32,000 nt of DNA from Vibrio vulnificus CMCP6. GTDB lineage: Bacteria; Pseudomonadota; Gammaproteobacteria; Enterobacterales; Vibrionaceae. The stretch is taken from contig NC_004459.3 in the NCBI RefSeq assembly GCF_000039765.1, forward strand, positions 1,170,001 through 1,202,000. Direction: 5' to 3'. The translations under genes were made by a program, and so were the position numbers. The notes beneath the pieces are model-generated. The model ran no database searches. It worked only from the letters and a program-made list of their open reading frames with translations, and was not told where the DNA came from. This document shows, one piece after another, positions 12,469-27,591 of the stretch (position 1 is the first letter of the stretch; the number at the start of each line of letters is the position of its first letter).

Positions 12469-13653
12469 ATGTCTAAAGAAAAATTTGAACGTGTAAAACC
12501 GCACGTAAACGTTGGTACTATCGGCCACGTTGACCACGGTAAAACAACTCTAACTGCAGCTATCTGTACTACTCTTGCAAAAGTTTACGGCGGTGCTGCT
12601 CGTGACTTCGCATCAATCGACAACGCTCCAGAAGAGCGTGAGCGTGGTATCACAATCTCTACTTCTCACGTAGAGTACGACACTCCAGCTCGCCACTACG
12701 CACACGTAGACTGTCCTGGACACGCTGACTATGTTAAAAACATGATCACTGGTGCTGCACAGATGGACGGTGGTATCCTAGTTGTTGCTGCGACAGATGG
12801 CCCAATGCCACAAACTCGTGAGCACATCCTACTAGGCCGTCAGGTTGGTATCCCTTACATCATCGTATTCATGAACAAATGTGACATGGTTGATGATGAA
12901 GAGCTTCTAGAGCTAGTAGAAATGGAAGTTCGTGAACTTCTATCTGAGTACGACTTCCCAGGTGATGACCTACCAGTTATCCAAGGTTCTGCACTAGGCG
13001 CACTAAACGGCGAAGAGCAGTGGGAAGCGAAAATCATCGAACTAGCTGAAGCTCTAGATACTTACATCCCAGAGCCAGAGCGTGCAATCGATCTACCATT
13101 CCTAATGCCAATCGAAGACGTATTCTCAATCCAAGGTCGTGGTACAGTAGTAACTGGCCGTATCGAGCGTGGTATTCTGAAAGTTGGTGATGAAGTAGCA
13201 ATCGTAGGTATCAAAGATACTACAACTACTACATGTACTGGTGTTGAGATGTTCCGTAAGCTTCTAGACGAAGGTCGTGCGGGTGAGAACGTTGGTGCCC
13301 TACTACGTGGTACTAAGCGTGATGAAGTAGAACGTGGCCAAGTACTTGCTAAGCCAGGTTCAATCACTCCACACACTAAGTTCGAATCAGAAGTATACGT
13401 ACTTTCTAAAGATGAAGGTGGTCGTCACACTCCATTCTTCAAAGGCTACCGTCCACAGTTCTACTTCCGTACAACTGACGTAACTGGTGATATCTCTCTA
13501 CCAGAAGGCGTAGAAATGGTAATGCCTGGTGACAACATCCAAATGGTTGTTGAGCTAATCTCTCCAATCGCGATGGACGAAGGTCTACGTTTCGCGATCC
13601 GTGAAGGTGGCCGTACTGTTGGTGCTGGTGTTGTTGCTAAAATCTTTGAATAA
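12469..13653 (+). CDS. tuf: translation elongation factor Tu
   Basis: [28 protein letters not shown]..., 394 aa. The true ATG at 12469 is preceded by AGAGGG. The ORF-track start at 12424 is an upstream extension. Confidence 0.98.
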
Positions 13654-13672
13654 GATTTGACGAACAGCTAGT

Positions 13673-13700
13673 AAAAAGGGCATCATTTGATGCCCTTTTT
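13673..13700 (+). terminator. rho-independent terminator after tuf
   Basis: AAAAAGGGCATC-ATTT-GATGCCCTTTTT. Confidence 0.85.
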
Positions 13701-13885
13701 CTACGCTCAATATAATTTTTGCTGCTTTATTGTGCAGGGTTATCTTGAGTGAAGAAGAATTGATTGAGAAGTGAAGCTTAATCAGAATAAATACGCTGTC
13801 GCTAACTGTGTGCAGCGATATGGAGTTTGCCCTGCAACAGCGGGGTTATTGTCGTCTATATTAAGACTTGTGACAGGTTGGTTTT

Positions 13886-14266
13886 ATGAAAGCAAATAAT
13901 GCTGAAACTCCTGATAGCTCTAATGCAGCAGATACCTTTAAGTGGGTAACCACTTTTGTACTGCTTGCTGCCGCTGTTGTGGGTAATTACCTGTATGGTG
14001 AACTTTCTGTGGTGATTCGCGCTGCAGGTGTTGTTGTACTTATTGCTGCTGCGCTTGGTGTGGCTGCAACAACAACAAAAGGTAAAGAAGCGATTGTGTT
14101 TGCCAAAGAATCACGTATGGAAGTGCGCAAAGTCGTTTGGCCTACTCGCCAAGAAACTATGCAAACAACGTTGATCGTTTTGGCTGTAAGTATTGTAATG
14201 GCTCTGGTTCTGTGGGGCATTGACGGCATCATGGTTCGTCTAATTGCTTTCGCAACTGGGGTATAG
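13886..14266 (+). CDS. secE: preprotein translocase subunit SecE
   Basis: 126 aa with three hydrophobic segments and the conserved C-terminal region VRKVVWPTRQET. It lies immediately upstream of nusG. Confidence 0.93.
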   Translation: MKANNAETPDSSNAADTFKWVTTFVLLAAAVVGNYLYGELSVVIRAAGVVVLIAAALGVAATTTKGKEAIVFAKESRMEVRKVVWPTRQETMQTTLIVLAVSIVMALVLWGIDGIMVRLIAFATGV

Positions 14267-14279
14267 AGGGTTTTAATTC

Positions 14280-14828
14280 ATGAGTGAAGCTCCTAAAAAA
14301 CGCTGGTATGTGGTTCAAGCCTTCTCTGGATTTGAAGGCCGTGTCGCTCAGTCTCTTCGTGAGCATATCAAAATGCACGGTATGGAAGAGTATTTTGGTG
14401 AAGTTCTAGTGCCGACTGAAGAAGTCGTAGAAATGCGTGCAGGTCAACGCCGTAAGTCTGAGCGTAAGTTCTTCCCTGGTTACGTCCTTGTTCAAATGAT
14501 TATGAATGATGAATCATGGCACCTCGTTCGTAGTGTGCCGCGTGTCATGGGCTTCATTGGTGGTACTTCTGACCGTCCAGCTCCGATTTCTGATAAAGAA
14601 GCGGATGCGATTCTTAATCGCCTAGAGAAAGCGAGTGAAGCGCCTCGTCCACGTACTATGTACGAAGTGGGTGAAGTGGTTCGTGTTAACGAAGGTCCAT
14701 TTGCTGACTTTAACGGCACGGTTGAAGAAGTGGATTATGAGAAGAGCCGCCTGAAAGTGTCTGTATCGATCTTTGGTCGAGCGACACCGGTAGAGCTTGA
14801 ATTTGGTCAGGTTGAAAAACTTGATTAA
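14280..14828 (+). CDS. nusG: transcription termination/antitermination factor NusG
   Basis: 182 aa, [14 protein letters not shown]...FPGYVLV...KOW region [16 protein letters not shown]. Confidence 0.97.
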   Translation: MSEAPKKRWYVVQAFSGFEGRVAQSLREHIKMHGMEEYFGEVLVPTEEVVEMRAGQRRKSERKFFPGYVLVQMIMNDESWHLVRSVPRVMGFIGGTSDRPAPISDKEADAILNRLEKASEAPRPRTMYEVGEVVRVNEGPFADFNGTVEEVDYEKSRLKVSVSIFGRATPVELEFGQVEKLD

Positions 14829-14847
14829 AAAAGCACCTTAATTGGGC

Positions 14848-14889
14848 TTGTACTAGGCGCGAATTATGACTATAATTTCGCGCCTTTTT
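14848..14889 (+). promoter_or_regulatory. rplKA (L11) promoter superimposed on the nusG terminator hairpin
   Basis: TTGTAC (14848-14853), 17-nt spacer, TATAAT (14871-14876). A 9-bp inverted repeat AGGCGCGAA / TTCGCGCCT (14855-14863 / 14877-14885) brackets the -10 and is followed by TTTT. Confidence 0.6.
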
Positions 14890-14970
14890 GCTTCTATTGA
14901 GCAAAAAGTTTTGTTGATAACGGGGAGCTGATCAAAGATTAGCGTTTGAACCCAAGAATTAGGTATTATC

Positions 14971-15399
14971 ATGGCTAAAAAAGTTGAAGCTTATATCAAG
15001 CTGCAAGTTGCTGCTGGTATGGCAAACCCAAGTCCACCGGTTGGTCCAGCACTAGGTCAACGTGGTGTTAACATCATGGAATTCTGTAAAGCGTTCAACG
15101 CAAAAACAGAATCAATGGAAAAAGGTCTTCCTGTTCCTGTTGTTATCACTGTATACAGCGACCGTTCTTTCACGTTCGTAACTAAGACTTCACCTGCTGC
15201 AGTTCTACTGAAGAAAGCTGCTGGTATCAAGTCTGGTTCAGGTCGTCCAAACACTGAAAAAGTGGGTACTGTAACTGACGCTCAAATCCAAGAAATCGCA
15301 GAAGCTAAAGCTGCTGATATGACTGGTGCTGACATCGAAGCGATGAAGCGTTCTATCGCAGGTACTGCTCGTTCAATGGGCCTAGTGGTAGAGGGTTAA
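14971..15399 (+). CDS. rplK: 50S ribosomal protein L11
   Basis: 142 aa, [44 protein letters not shown]. Confidence 0.98.
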   Translation: MAKKVEAYIKLQVAAGMANPSPPVGPALGQRGVNIMEFCKAFNAKTESMEKGLPVPVVITVYSDRSFTFVTKTSPAAVLLKKAAGIKSGSGRPNTEKVGTVTDAQIQEIAEAKAADMTGADIEAMKRSIAGTARSMGLVVEG

Positions 15400-15403
15400 T
15401 ATC

Positions 15404-16105
15404 ATGGCAAAACTAACTAAGCGCATGCGCGTTATCCGCGAAAAAGTTGATGTAACTCGTGAATACGAAATCAACGAAGCTGTTGCTCTTCTTAAAGAAC
15501 TAGCGACTGCTAAGTTTGTTGAGTCTGTTGATGTTGCTGTAAACCTAGGCATCGATGCTCGTAAATCTGACCAAAACGTACGTGGTGCAACTGTACTGCC
15601 ACACGGTACTGGCCGTGACATCCGCGTTGCAGTATTTGCACAAGGTGCAAACGCTGAAGCAGCTAAAGAAGCTGGCGCAGATATCGTTGGTATGGAAGAT
15701 CTAGCTGAGCAAGTTAAGAAAGGCGAAATGAACTTCGACGTAGTTGTTGCTTCTCCTGATGCAATGCGCGTTGTAGGTCAACTAGGTACTATCCTAGGCC
15801 CTCGCGGTCTAATGCCAAACCCTAAAGTTGGTACTGTAACTCCTAACGTTGCTGAAGCGGTTAAGAACGCTAAAGCTGGTCAGGTTCGTTACCGTAACGA
15901 CAAAAACGGTATCATCCACACTACTATCGGTAAAGTAGACTTCTCTGCTGAGCAAATCAAAGAGAACCTAGAAGCACTTCTAGTTGCTCTTAAGAAAGCT
16001 AAGCCATCTTCAGCTAAGGGTTCTTACCTGAAGAAAGTAAGCATCTCTACTACGATGGGTGCTGGTGTTGCTGTTGATCAGGGTACCCTGAACACTCAAG
16101 CATAA
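15404..16105 (+). CDS. rplA: 50S ribosomal protein L1
   Basis: 233 aa, [16 protein letters not shown]...[25 protein letters not shown]. Confidence 0.98.
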   Translation: MAKLTKRMRVIREKVDVTREYEINEAVALLKELATAKFVESVDVAVNLGIDARKSDQNVRGATVLPHGTGRDIRVAVFAQGANAEAAKEAGADIVGMEDLAEQVKKGEMNFDVVVASPDAMRVVGQLGTILGPRGLMPNPKVGTVTPNVAEAVKNAKAGQVRYRNDKNGIIHTTIGKVDFSAEQIKENLEALLVALKKAKPSSAKGSYLKKVSISTTMGAGVAVDQGTLNTQA

Positions 16106-16110
16106 TCTAT

Positions 16111-16149
16111 TTGCTTAGGCGCAAAAATTATGTATAATTTTGCGCCTAA
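16111..16149 (+). promoter_or_regulatory. rplJL (L10) promoter embedded in an inverted repeat
   Basis: TTGCTT (16111-16116), 16-nt spacer, TATAAT (16133-16138). A 12-bp inverted repeat TTAGGCGCAAAA / TTTTGCGCCTAA (16115-16126 / 16138-16149) surrounds it, closely resembling the element at 14848-14889. Confidence 0.55.
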
Positions 16150-16395
16150 TATTTGTGGTTGGGGCTGAACTTTGGTTCTTTGAGTAATTTGTTACTCTAT
16201 GAATTAAGACCCAGTCTCCGTCCAAGACCGTAGGTGCCAGTTTTCGAACTGACTTAATTTTCCTACGTAGATGGTGCCCGAACTGACAGAAAGCTCTATG
16301 TAAATAGTTACCTTTCTTCTGGGAAAAGCACCTCAATAGCTCTCACTGTTGTGATAATAGTGAGTGGTGTAACAACAACCAGGAGTTAATCCAAG
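16150..16395 (+). promoter_or_regulatory. rplJ mRNA leader (expected L10-(L12)4 autoregulatory leader)
   Basis: An untranslated leader of about 245 nt lies between the L10 promoter and the rplJ ATG, as in E. coli. The structure was not folded here. Confidence 0.5.
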
Positions 16396-16884
16396 ATGGC
16401 TTTAAATCTTCAAGACAAAAAAGCAATTGTTGCTGAAGTCAACGAAGCTGCCGCTGGTGCACTTTCTGCAGTTGTAGCTGACTCTCGTGGCGTATCTGTT
16501 GATGCGATGACTACTCTACGTAAACAAGCTCGTGAAGCGGGTGTTTACATGAAAGTTGTTCGTAACACACTAGCACGCCGTGCGGTTGAAGGTACTCAGT
16601 ATGAGTGTCTAACTGACACTTTCACTGGTCCTTCTCTAATCGCGTTCTCTAACGAGCACCCAGGTGCTGCAGCGCGTCTTTTCAAAGACTTCGCTAAAGA
16701 GAACAAAAAATTCGAGATCAAAGCTGCTGCATTTGAAGGCGCGCTAACTGACGCTGAAGTTCTAGCAACGCTACCAACTTACGACGAAGCAATCGCACGT
16801 CTAATGATGTGTCTGAAAGAAGCTTCTGCAGGCAAGCTGGTTCGTACTATCGCTGCTATCCGCGATCAAAAAGAAGCTGCGTAA
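16396..16884 (+). CDS. rplJ: 50S ribosomal protein L10
   Basis: 162 aa, [33 protein letters not shown]..., collinear with E. coli L10. Confidence 0.98.
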
Positions 16885-16944
16885 TTCGCATTGCTTTTTA
16901 CTGGTTGCTTAATAAACTTATTGTTGACTTAAAAGAGAATTGTT

Positions 16945-17313
16945 ATGTCTATTACTAACGAGCAAATCCTAGACGCTATCGCAGAAATGTCTGTAACACA
17001 AGTTGTTGAACTAATCTCTGCAATGGAAGAAAAATTCGGTGTTACTGCAGCTGCTGCTGTAGTTGCAGGTGGCGCAGCAGCTGGTGCAGCTGTTGAAGAG
17101 CAAACTGAATTCAACGTTATCCTAGCTTCTGCTGGTGCTAACAAAGTTGCTGTAATCAAAGCAGTACGTGGCGCAACTGGTCTTGGCCTGAAAGAAGCTA
17201 AAGCTCTAGTTGACGGCGCTCCAGCAGCACTGAAAGAAGGCGTTGAGAAAGCTGAAGCTGAAGCTCTTAAGAAAGAGCTAGAAGAAGCTGGTGCAACTGT
17301 TGAGATCAAGTAA
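16945..17313 (+). CDS. rplL: 50S ribosomal protein L7/L12
   Basis: 122 aa, [17 protein letters not shown]...Ala/Gly hinge...[19 protein letters not shown]. Confidence 0.98.
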   Translation: MSITNEQILDAIAEMSVTQVVELISAMEEKFGVTAAAAVVAGGAAAGAAVEEQTEFNVILASAGANKVAVIKAVRGATGLGLKEAKALVDGAPAALKEGVEKAEAEALKKELEEAGATVEIK

Positions 17314-17345
17314 TTATTACTTAGTCTCCTAGCCTAACGGCTAAT

Positions 17346-17376
17346 GGCTGGTGGTTTTTTAACCACCGGCCTTTTT
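17346..17376 (+). terminator. rplL-rpoB intergenic attenuator (partial terminator)
   Basis: GGCTGGTGGTT-TTTT-AACCACCGGCC followed by TTTTT, in the position of the E. coli rplL-rpoB attenuator. Confidence 0.7.
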
Positions 17377-17563
17377 GCGCTGTAGGGTATAGGCGAATTT
17401 TCCTGCTGTTTAAGCGCCTTTATCCAAGCAAAAAACATTTCATTCATTCGCAATGAAATGTCACTACAGTAAACAGTTATATTAGTCTCTGTCCCTTACC
17501 CCCCTTAAGAAACTAGGAGCGGGCGGACAGTTTGGGTCACTTATCAGCGAGCTGAGGAACCCC

Positions 17564-20500
17564 ATGGTTTACTCTTATACCGAGAAAAAGCGCATCCGTA
17601 AGGACTTTGGTACTCGTCCACAAGTTTTGGACATTCCATACCTGCTATCGATCCAGCTCGATTCGTTCGATAAATTTATCGAACAGGATCCTGAAGGACA
17701 GTACGGTCTTGAGGCTGCTTTCCGTTCTGTATTCCCTATTCAGAGCTACAATGGTAATTCTGAGCTGCAATACGTTAGCTACCGTCTTGGTGAGCCAGTT
17801 TTTGATGTTAAAGAATGTCAAATCCGTGGTGTAACTTATTCAAAACCACTTCGCGTAAAGCTACGCCTAGTTATTTTTGATAAAGACGCGCCTGCAGGCA
17901 CTGTAAAAGACATTAAAGAACAAGAAGTCTACATGGGTGAAATTCCACTCATGACAGACAATGGTACCTTTGTGATTAACGGTACCGAGAGGGTTATCGT
18001 ATCTCAGCTACATCGAAGCCCAGGTGTGTTCTTCGACAGCGACAAAGGTAAGACTCACTCTTCTGGTAAAGTTCTGTACAACGCGCGTATCATTCCTTAC
18101 CGTGGTTCATGGCTTGATTTTGAGTTTGATCCTAAGGACAACCTGTACGTACGTATCGACCGTCGTCGTAAGCTACCATCAACCATCATTCTTCGTGCAC
18201 TAGGTAAGAGCACTGAAGAGATCTTGGATACTTTCTTCGAAAAAGTGAATTTCGAAGTGAAAGACCAGACGCTAATGATGGAGTTGGTACCAGATCGCCT
18301 ACGTGGTGAAACGGCAACGTTTGATATCGAAGCAAACGGCACTGTCTATGTAGAGAAAGGTCGTCGTGTTACGGCACGCCACATCCGTCAACTTGAAAAA
18401 GAAGGCGTTGATCAGATCGAAGTACCGGTTGAGTACATCGTAGGCAAAGTGTCGTCAAAAGATTACATCAATGAAGCGACTGGCGAGATCATCGTTGCAG
18501 CGAACCAGGAAATCAGCCTTGAAGCATTGGCTAAGCTATCTCAAGCTGGCCACAAGCAGCTAGAAGTCCTGTTTACAAACGATCTAGACCATGGTCCATT
18601 CATGTCAGAAACACTACGCATCGACAGCTCTGTTGATCGTATTTCTGCACTGGTAGAAATCTACCGCATGATGCGCCCTGGTGAGCCACCAACGAAAGAA
18701 GCTGCTGAAGCTCTATTCGAAAGCTTGTTCTTCTCTGAAGAGCGTTATGACCTATCGACTGTTGGTCGTATGAAGTTCAACAGCTCCATTGGCCGTGATG
18801 ATGCAGAAGAGCAAGGCACACTTGATGAAACTGACATCATCGAAGTGATGAAGAAGCTGATCGCTATCCGTAACGGTAAAGGCGAAGTGGACGATATCGA
18901 CCACCTAGGTAACCGCCGTATCCGTTCTGTTGGTGAAATGGCTGAAAACCAATTCCGTGTTGGTCTAGTACGTGTTGAACGTGCAGTGAAAGAACGTCTG
19001 AGCCTAGGCGATCTTGACGCAGTGATGCCACAAGACTTGATCAATGCGAAGCCAATTTCTGCGGCAGTAAAAGAGTTCTTTGGCTCTTCTCAGCTGTCTC
19101 AGTTTATGGACCAAAACAACCCGCTATCAGAAGTCACGCACAAGCGTCGTATTTCTGCATTGGGTCCTGGTGGTCTTACTCGTGAGCGTGCTGGTTTCGA
19201 AGTTCGAGACGTACACGTAACTCACTACGGCCGCCTATGTCCGATCGAAACGCCTGAAGGTCCAAACATCGGTCTGATCAACTCTCTATCAGCATTTGCA
19301 CGTTGTAACGAGTACGGCTTCCTAGAGACGCCATACCGTCGTGTTGTTGATGGTGTTGTGACAGACGAAGTGGATTACCTATCAGCGATCGAAGAAGGTC
19401 AATTTGTTATCGCTCAGGCGAACGCGAAGCTGAACGAAGATGGTACTTTCGCTGATGAGCTTATCACTGCTCGTCAAAAAGGCGAATCTGGTCTGCACCC
19501 ACGTGAACATGTTGATTACATGGACGTTGCAACCAACCAGGTCGTATCTATCGCAGCATCGCTAATCCCGTTCCTAGAACACGACGATGCTAACCGCGCT
19601 CTAATGGGTGCGAACATGCAACGTCAGGCGGTTCCTACTCTGAAAGCAGAGAAACCACTTGTAGGTACAGGTATTGAGCGTAACGTAGCGGTTGACTCTG
19701 GTGTAACGTCGGTTGCTAAACGCGGCGGTATTATCCAGTCAGTTGACGCATCTCGTATCGTGGTGAAGGTTAATGAAGAAGAGTTGATTCCTGGCGAAGC
19801 TGGTATCGATATCTACAACCTAACCAAATACACTCGTTCTAACCAAAACACTTGTATCAACCAACGTCCATGTGTGATGCCGGGTGAACCAGTGCTACGT
19901 GGTGATGTGCTTGCTGATGGTCCTTCAACAGACCTAGGTGAACTTGCACTTGGTCAGAACATGCGTATCGCGTTCATGCCTTGGAACGGTTACAACTTCG
20001 AAGACTCGATCTTAGTATCTGAGCGCGTAGTTCAAGAAGACCGCTTCACGACTATCCACATTCAAGAACTGACTTGTGTGGCGCGTGATACCAAGCTGGG
20101 TTCGGAAGAAATCACAGCGGATATTCCAAACGTAGGTGAATCTGCTCTGTCTAAATTAGACGAGTCAGGTATTGTTTACATCGGTGCTGAAGTGAAGGGT
20201 GGCGACATCCTAGTTGGTAAAGTAACGCCAAAAGGTGAAACTCAGCTAACGCCTGAAGAGAAGCTACTACGTGCAATCTTTGGTGAAAAAGCATCTGACG
20301 TTAAAGATACGTCACTACGTGTACCAAACTCTGTTTCAGGTACCATCATCGACGTTCAAGTTTTCACTCGCGATGGCGTAGAGAAAGACAAGCGTGCGCT
20401 TGAAATTGAACAGATGCAGCTGAAAGAAGCGAAGAAAGACCTTACTGAAGAATTCCAGATTCTGGAAGGCGGTCTTCTAAACCGTGTTAAAGCGGTTCTT

Positions 20501-21592
20501 CTATCAGGTGGTTACTCTGAAGCGAAGCTAGATACAACTGATCGTAAGAAGTGGCTAGAACTGACTCTTGAAGACGACGCACTGCAAACTCAGCTTGAGC
20601 AACTTGCAGAGCAGTACGACGAGCTAAAAGCAGACTTCGATAAGAAGTTTGAAACCAAGCGTCGTAAGATCACTCAAGGTGATGACCTAGCGCCTGGCGT
20701 ACTGAAGATCGTTAAAGTTTACCTAGCGGTGAAACGTCGTATCCAGCCTGGTGATAAGATGGCGGGTCGTCACGGTAACAAGGGTGTAATCTCTAAGATC
20801 AACCCTGTTGAAGACATGCCATACGATGAGAAAGGTCAGCCTGTAGACATCGTACTTAACCCATTGGGTGTACCTTCGCGTATGAACATCGGTCAGATCC
20901 TAGAAGTACACTTGGGTCTAGCAGCGAAAGGTATTGGTGACAAGATCAACCAGATGGTGAAAGAGCAGCAAGAACTCGCGAAATTCCGTGAATTCCTGCA
21001 AAAAGTTTATGATCTAGGCGAAACTCGCCAGAAAGTAGACATTGCTTCTCTGTCTGATGAAGAAGTTCGTACTCTGATTGGCAACCTACGTGGTGGCTTA
21101 CCGATTGCGACTCCAGTATTTGACGGTGCGTCTGAAGCATCAATCAAAGAGCTACTGAAACTTGGCGGTCTGCCAGAGTCCGGTCAGCTAACTCTGTTTG
21201 ATGGTCGCACAGGTGATGCGTTTGAGCGTCCTGTAACCGTAGGTTACATGTACATGCTGAAACTGAACCACCTTGTAGATGACAAGATGCACGCACGTTC
21301 TACTGGCTCGTACAGTCTGGTAACTCAGCAACCACTAGGTGGTAAAGCTCAGTTCGGTGGTCAGCGTTTCGGTGAGATGGAAGTATGGGCACTAGAAGCA
21401 TACGGTGCTGCTTACACGCTACAAGAAATGCTAACGGTTAAGTCGGATGACGTTAACGGCCGTACTAAGATGTACAAAAACATCGTAGATGGTAACCACG
21501 CGATGGAACCAGGCATGCCTGAATCGTTCAACGTACTGTTGAAAGAGATCCGCTCGCTAGGTATCAACATCGAGCTAGAAGACGAACAGTAA
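17564..21592 (+). CDS. rpoB: DNA-directed RNA polymerase subunit beta
   Basis: 1342 aa, [16 protein letters not shown]..., the same length as E. coli RpoB and collinear throughout. Confidence 0.99.
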   Translation: MVYSYTEKKRIRKDFGTRPQVLDIPYLLSIQLDSFDKFIEQDPEGQYGLEAAFRSVFPIQSYNGNSELQYVSYRLGEPVFDVKECQIRGVTYSKPLRVKLRLVIFDKDAPAGTVKDIKEQEVYMGEIPLMTDNGTFVINGTERVIVSQLHRSPGVFFDSDKGKTHSSGKVLYNARIIPYRGSWLDFEFDPKDNLYVRIDRRRKLPSTIILRALGKSTEEILDTFFEKVNFEVKDQTLMMELVPDRLRGETATFDIEANGTVYVEKGRRVTARHIRQLEKEGVDQIEVPVEYIVGKVSSKDYINEATGEIIVAANQEISLEALAKLSQAGHKQLEVLFTNDLDHGPFMSETLRIDSSVDRISALVEIYRMMRPGEPPTKEAAEALFESLFFSEERYDLSTVGRMKFNSSIGRDDAEEQGTLDETDIIEVMKKLIAIRNGKGEVDDIDHLGNRRIRSVGEMAENQFRVGLVRVERAVKERLSLGDLDAVMPQDLINAKPISAAVKEFFGSSQLSQFMDQNNPLSEVTHKRRISALGPGGLTRERAGFEVRDVHVTHYGRLCPIETPEGPNIGLINSLSAFARCNEYGFLETPYRRVVDGVVTDEVDYLSAIEEGQFVIAQANAKLNEDGTFADELITARQKGESGLHPREHVDYMDVATNQVVSIAASLIPFLEHDDANRALMGANMQRQAVPTLKAEKPLVGTGIERNVAVDSGVTSVAKRGGIIQSVDASRIVVKVNEEELIPGEAGIDIYNLTKYTRSNQNTCINQRPCVMPGEPVLRGDVLADGPSTDLGELALGQNMRIAFMPWNGYNFEDSILVSERVVQEDRFTTIHIQELTCVARDTKLGSEEITADIPNVGESALSKLDESGIVYIGAEVKGGDILVGKVTPKGETQLTPEEKLLRAIFGEKASDVKDTSLRVPNSVSGTIIDVQVFTRDGVEKDKRALEIEQMQLKEAKKDLTEEFQILEGGLLNRVKAVLLSGGYSEAKLDTTDRKKWLELTLEDDALQTQLEQLAEQYDELKADFDKKFETKRRKITQGDDLAPGVLKIVKVYLAVKRRIQPGDKMAGRHGNKGVISKINPVEDMPYDEKGQPVDIVLNPLGVPSRMNIGQILEVHLGLAAKGIGDKINQMVKEQQELAKFREFLQKVYDLGETRQKVDIASLSDEEVRTLIGNLRGGLPIATPVFDGASEASIKELLKLGGLPESGQLTLFDGRTGDAFERPVTVGYMYMLKLNHLVDDKMHARSTGSYSLVTQQPLGGKAQFGGQRFGEMEVWALEAYGAAYTLQEMLTVKSDDVNGRTKMYKNIVDGNHAMEPGMPESFNVLLKEIRSLGINIELEDEQ

Positions 21593-21667
21593 TCCGTCCG
21601 GGTTATTTGGTAGAAAGCAGCCAGTTTCACACGGCTGGCTGCTTTTAACTCCTTACAGGAGCTGATT

Positions 21668-25870
<4,203 letters not shown>

Positions 25871-25886
25871 TCGCTGATTGAAGCAT

Positions 25887-25917
25887 AAAAAAGGCACCTT
25901 TCGAGGTGCCTTTTGTT
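25887..25917 (+). terminator. rho-independent terminator of rplKAJL-rpoBC
   Basis: AAAAGGCACCT-TTCG-AGGTGCCTTTTGTTT (UUCG tetraloop). Confidence 0.88.
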
Positions 25918-25949
25918 TATCTATTGCTTGCGCATCGTTTGTCTAGCGA

Positions 25950-25978
25950 CAAAATAAACCCGCATACAGCGGGTTTAT
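25950..25978 (-). terminator. rho-independent terminator of rsd
   Basis: The minus strand reads ATAAACCCGC-TGTAT-GCGGGTTTATTTTGTC, about 35 nt after the rsd stop. Confidence 0.8.
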
Positions 25979-26011
25979 CGAGACAATCGAAATCGGAGGC
26001 TTGATGGATAG

Positions 26012-26500
26012 CTAAGCGCCCGGCGGGACGGAAAGGCTATCAGCAATCAGTTGAATCAAGTGATCTTCGACCTCAAAGCGTAATTCAATGATTTCACCAA
26101 CCTTCGAGAGATCGGGTTCGAAGCTTTCAAGAGGATCATCTTCACCCACACTTGCGTACATATCTGTGAAACTGAGCAAAGGTTCGGTCGTGAGTACGAT
26201 TTTTGCGTAGGTTTCATTAATCTCTGTCGTGGCTTCAAAACCTGTGGCGCGCCATTTATCCATGACCATGTCATAAATCTTAAAGTGGCCTTCAGAAATA
26301 TAGTCGACTAAGTGCTGACAGAATTGCTGTAATTCGTGGGGAGAGGGAAGTTCTAAAACGTTGGATTTGGTTGAACAGGGCTGCAGTGCAGCAAGCTTAC
26401 AATATTCGACAATCAACGATTGACGAGTTTCTAACCAATGGTCAATGACTTCACTAGAGCCACCCCATTGTTCTTGTGTTTGTTTGAATTTTTTTAGCAT
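26012..26500 (-). CDS. rsd: regulator of sigma D (anti-sigma70 factor Rsd/AlgQ family)
   Basis: Collinear with E. coli Rsd (VIDHWLETRQSLIVEY, FCQHLVDYISEGHFKIY) and in the same position next to nudC. The second ATG (26500) is better spaced from GAGGG than the ATG at 26506. Confidence 0.88.
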   Translation of the reverse strand: MLKKFKQTQEQWGGSSEVIDHWLETRQSLIVEYCKLAALQPCSTKSNVLELPSPHELQQFCQHLVDYISEGHFKIYDMVMDKWRATGFEATTEINETYAKIVLTTEPLLSFTDMYASVGEDDPLESFEPDLSKVGEIIELRFEVEDHLIQLIADSLSVPPGA

Positions 26501-26700
26501 GACCATGCCCTCATGAGCTCATCACGAAACCGTGATCGTTTCCTTTGCATAGTGAAGCCAGTACCTTGGCAAGTTGACCAACCGGATACAAACTCTTGTC
26601 CTTCCTAGAATTTATAGCTTGAAACGACATCGTCTACAAATTCTGGTATGAAATTAGATTGCCAGTAAAATGAATCAACTGCAAGCAATGAGGAATAGGA

Positions 26701-27486
26701 ATGTTATCGAATAGTGACAGTAAGCATGGCCAGAAAGCATATTGGTGCGTTGTATCGGGCAGTGACCTTTGGCTGGTGGACGGGCAACTTCCCCTTGCAA
26801 CAAGCAATGAGCTCAACTTAGTGGCAGAAAAGGCGCAGAAAATCGGCAGTTATAACAACCATCCCGTCATGTGGCTCAACGAAGCAGATGTCGAGCAGAG
26901 TTTAGAAATGCACTCGCTGCGCGAGTGTTTGCATTTTCCTGAACCTCTCTTTTTGCTCATGAGCAAAGCCATTCAATATGGCCATATGACGCAAACAATG
27001 CGTTTTTGTCCTCAGTGTGGTGGACGCAACCACCTCAATCACAACCAACTCGCGATGCAGTGTGGGGAATGCCGGACCTTGCATTACCCGAGAATTTTCC
27101 CATGTATTATTGTTGCGGTGCGGAAACAGCAGCATATTTTGTTGGCACAGCACCCCAGACACCGTAGTGGTATGTATACCGTGATCGCTGGTTTTGTCGA
27201 GGTCGGTGAAACGTTGGAGCAGTGCGTCGCTCGAGAGGTGAAAGAAGAAACTGGTATTGAAGTGACCAATATTCGTTACTTTGGCAGCCAACCTTGGGCA
27301 TTTCCTTCCAGTATGATGATGGCCTTTTTAGCGGATTACCACGCTGGAGAGTTGAAACCAGACTACAGCGAGTTAGCGGATGCTAAATGGTTCACCAGTG
27401 ACAATTTGCCCCCCGTCGCACCAACAGGCACGATAGCTAGAGCATTAATAGAACAAACATTGCTTAATATGAGATCTGACTCGTAA
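26701..27486 (+). CDS. nudC: NAD(+) diphosphatase / NADH pyrophosphatase (Nudix)
   Basis: Zinc ribbon CPQCGG...CGECR, Nudix box [23 protein letters not shown], collinear with E. coli NudC. Confidence 0.94.
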   Translation: MLSNSDSKHGQKAYWCVVSGSDLWLVDGQLPLATSNELNLVAEKAQKIGSYNNHPVMWLNEADVEQSLEMHSLRECLHFPEPLFLLMSKAIQYGHMTQTMRFCPQCGGRNHLNHNQLAMQCGECRTLHYPRIFPCIIVAVRKQQHILLAQHPRHRSGMYTVIAGFVEVGETLEQCVAREVKEETGIEVTNIRYFGSQPWAFPSSMMMAFLADYHAGELKPDYSELADAKWFTSDNLPPVAPTGTIARALIEQTLLNMRSDS

Positions 27487-27591
27487 CTGTATAAAATAAC
27501 AGCACTTAATCATTTTTGAGACACTTTTATTGATACTCTAATCGGGATGTTATTCTGTAATGATAATCTTATAAATAATGGAGTATGAATT

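Noticed and set aside
16115-16336. 73-aa minus-strand ORF between rplA and rplJ
   Set aside because: It lies within the untranslated rplJ leader and L10 promoter region and has no SD. The leader RNA explains the conservation of this space.
26902-27301. Three overlapping minus-strand ORFs (61-129 aa)
   Set aside because: They are antisense to nudC, which has unambiguous Nudix and zinc-ribbon motifs.
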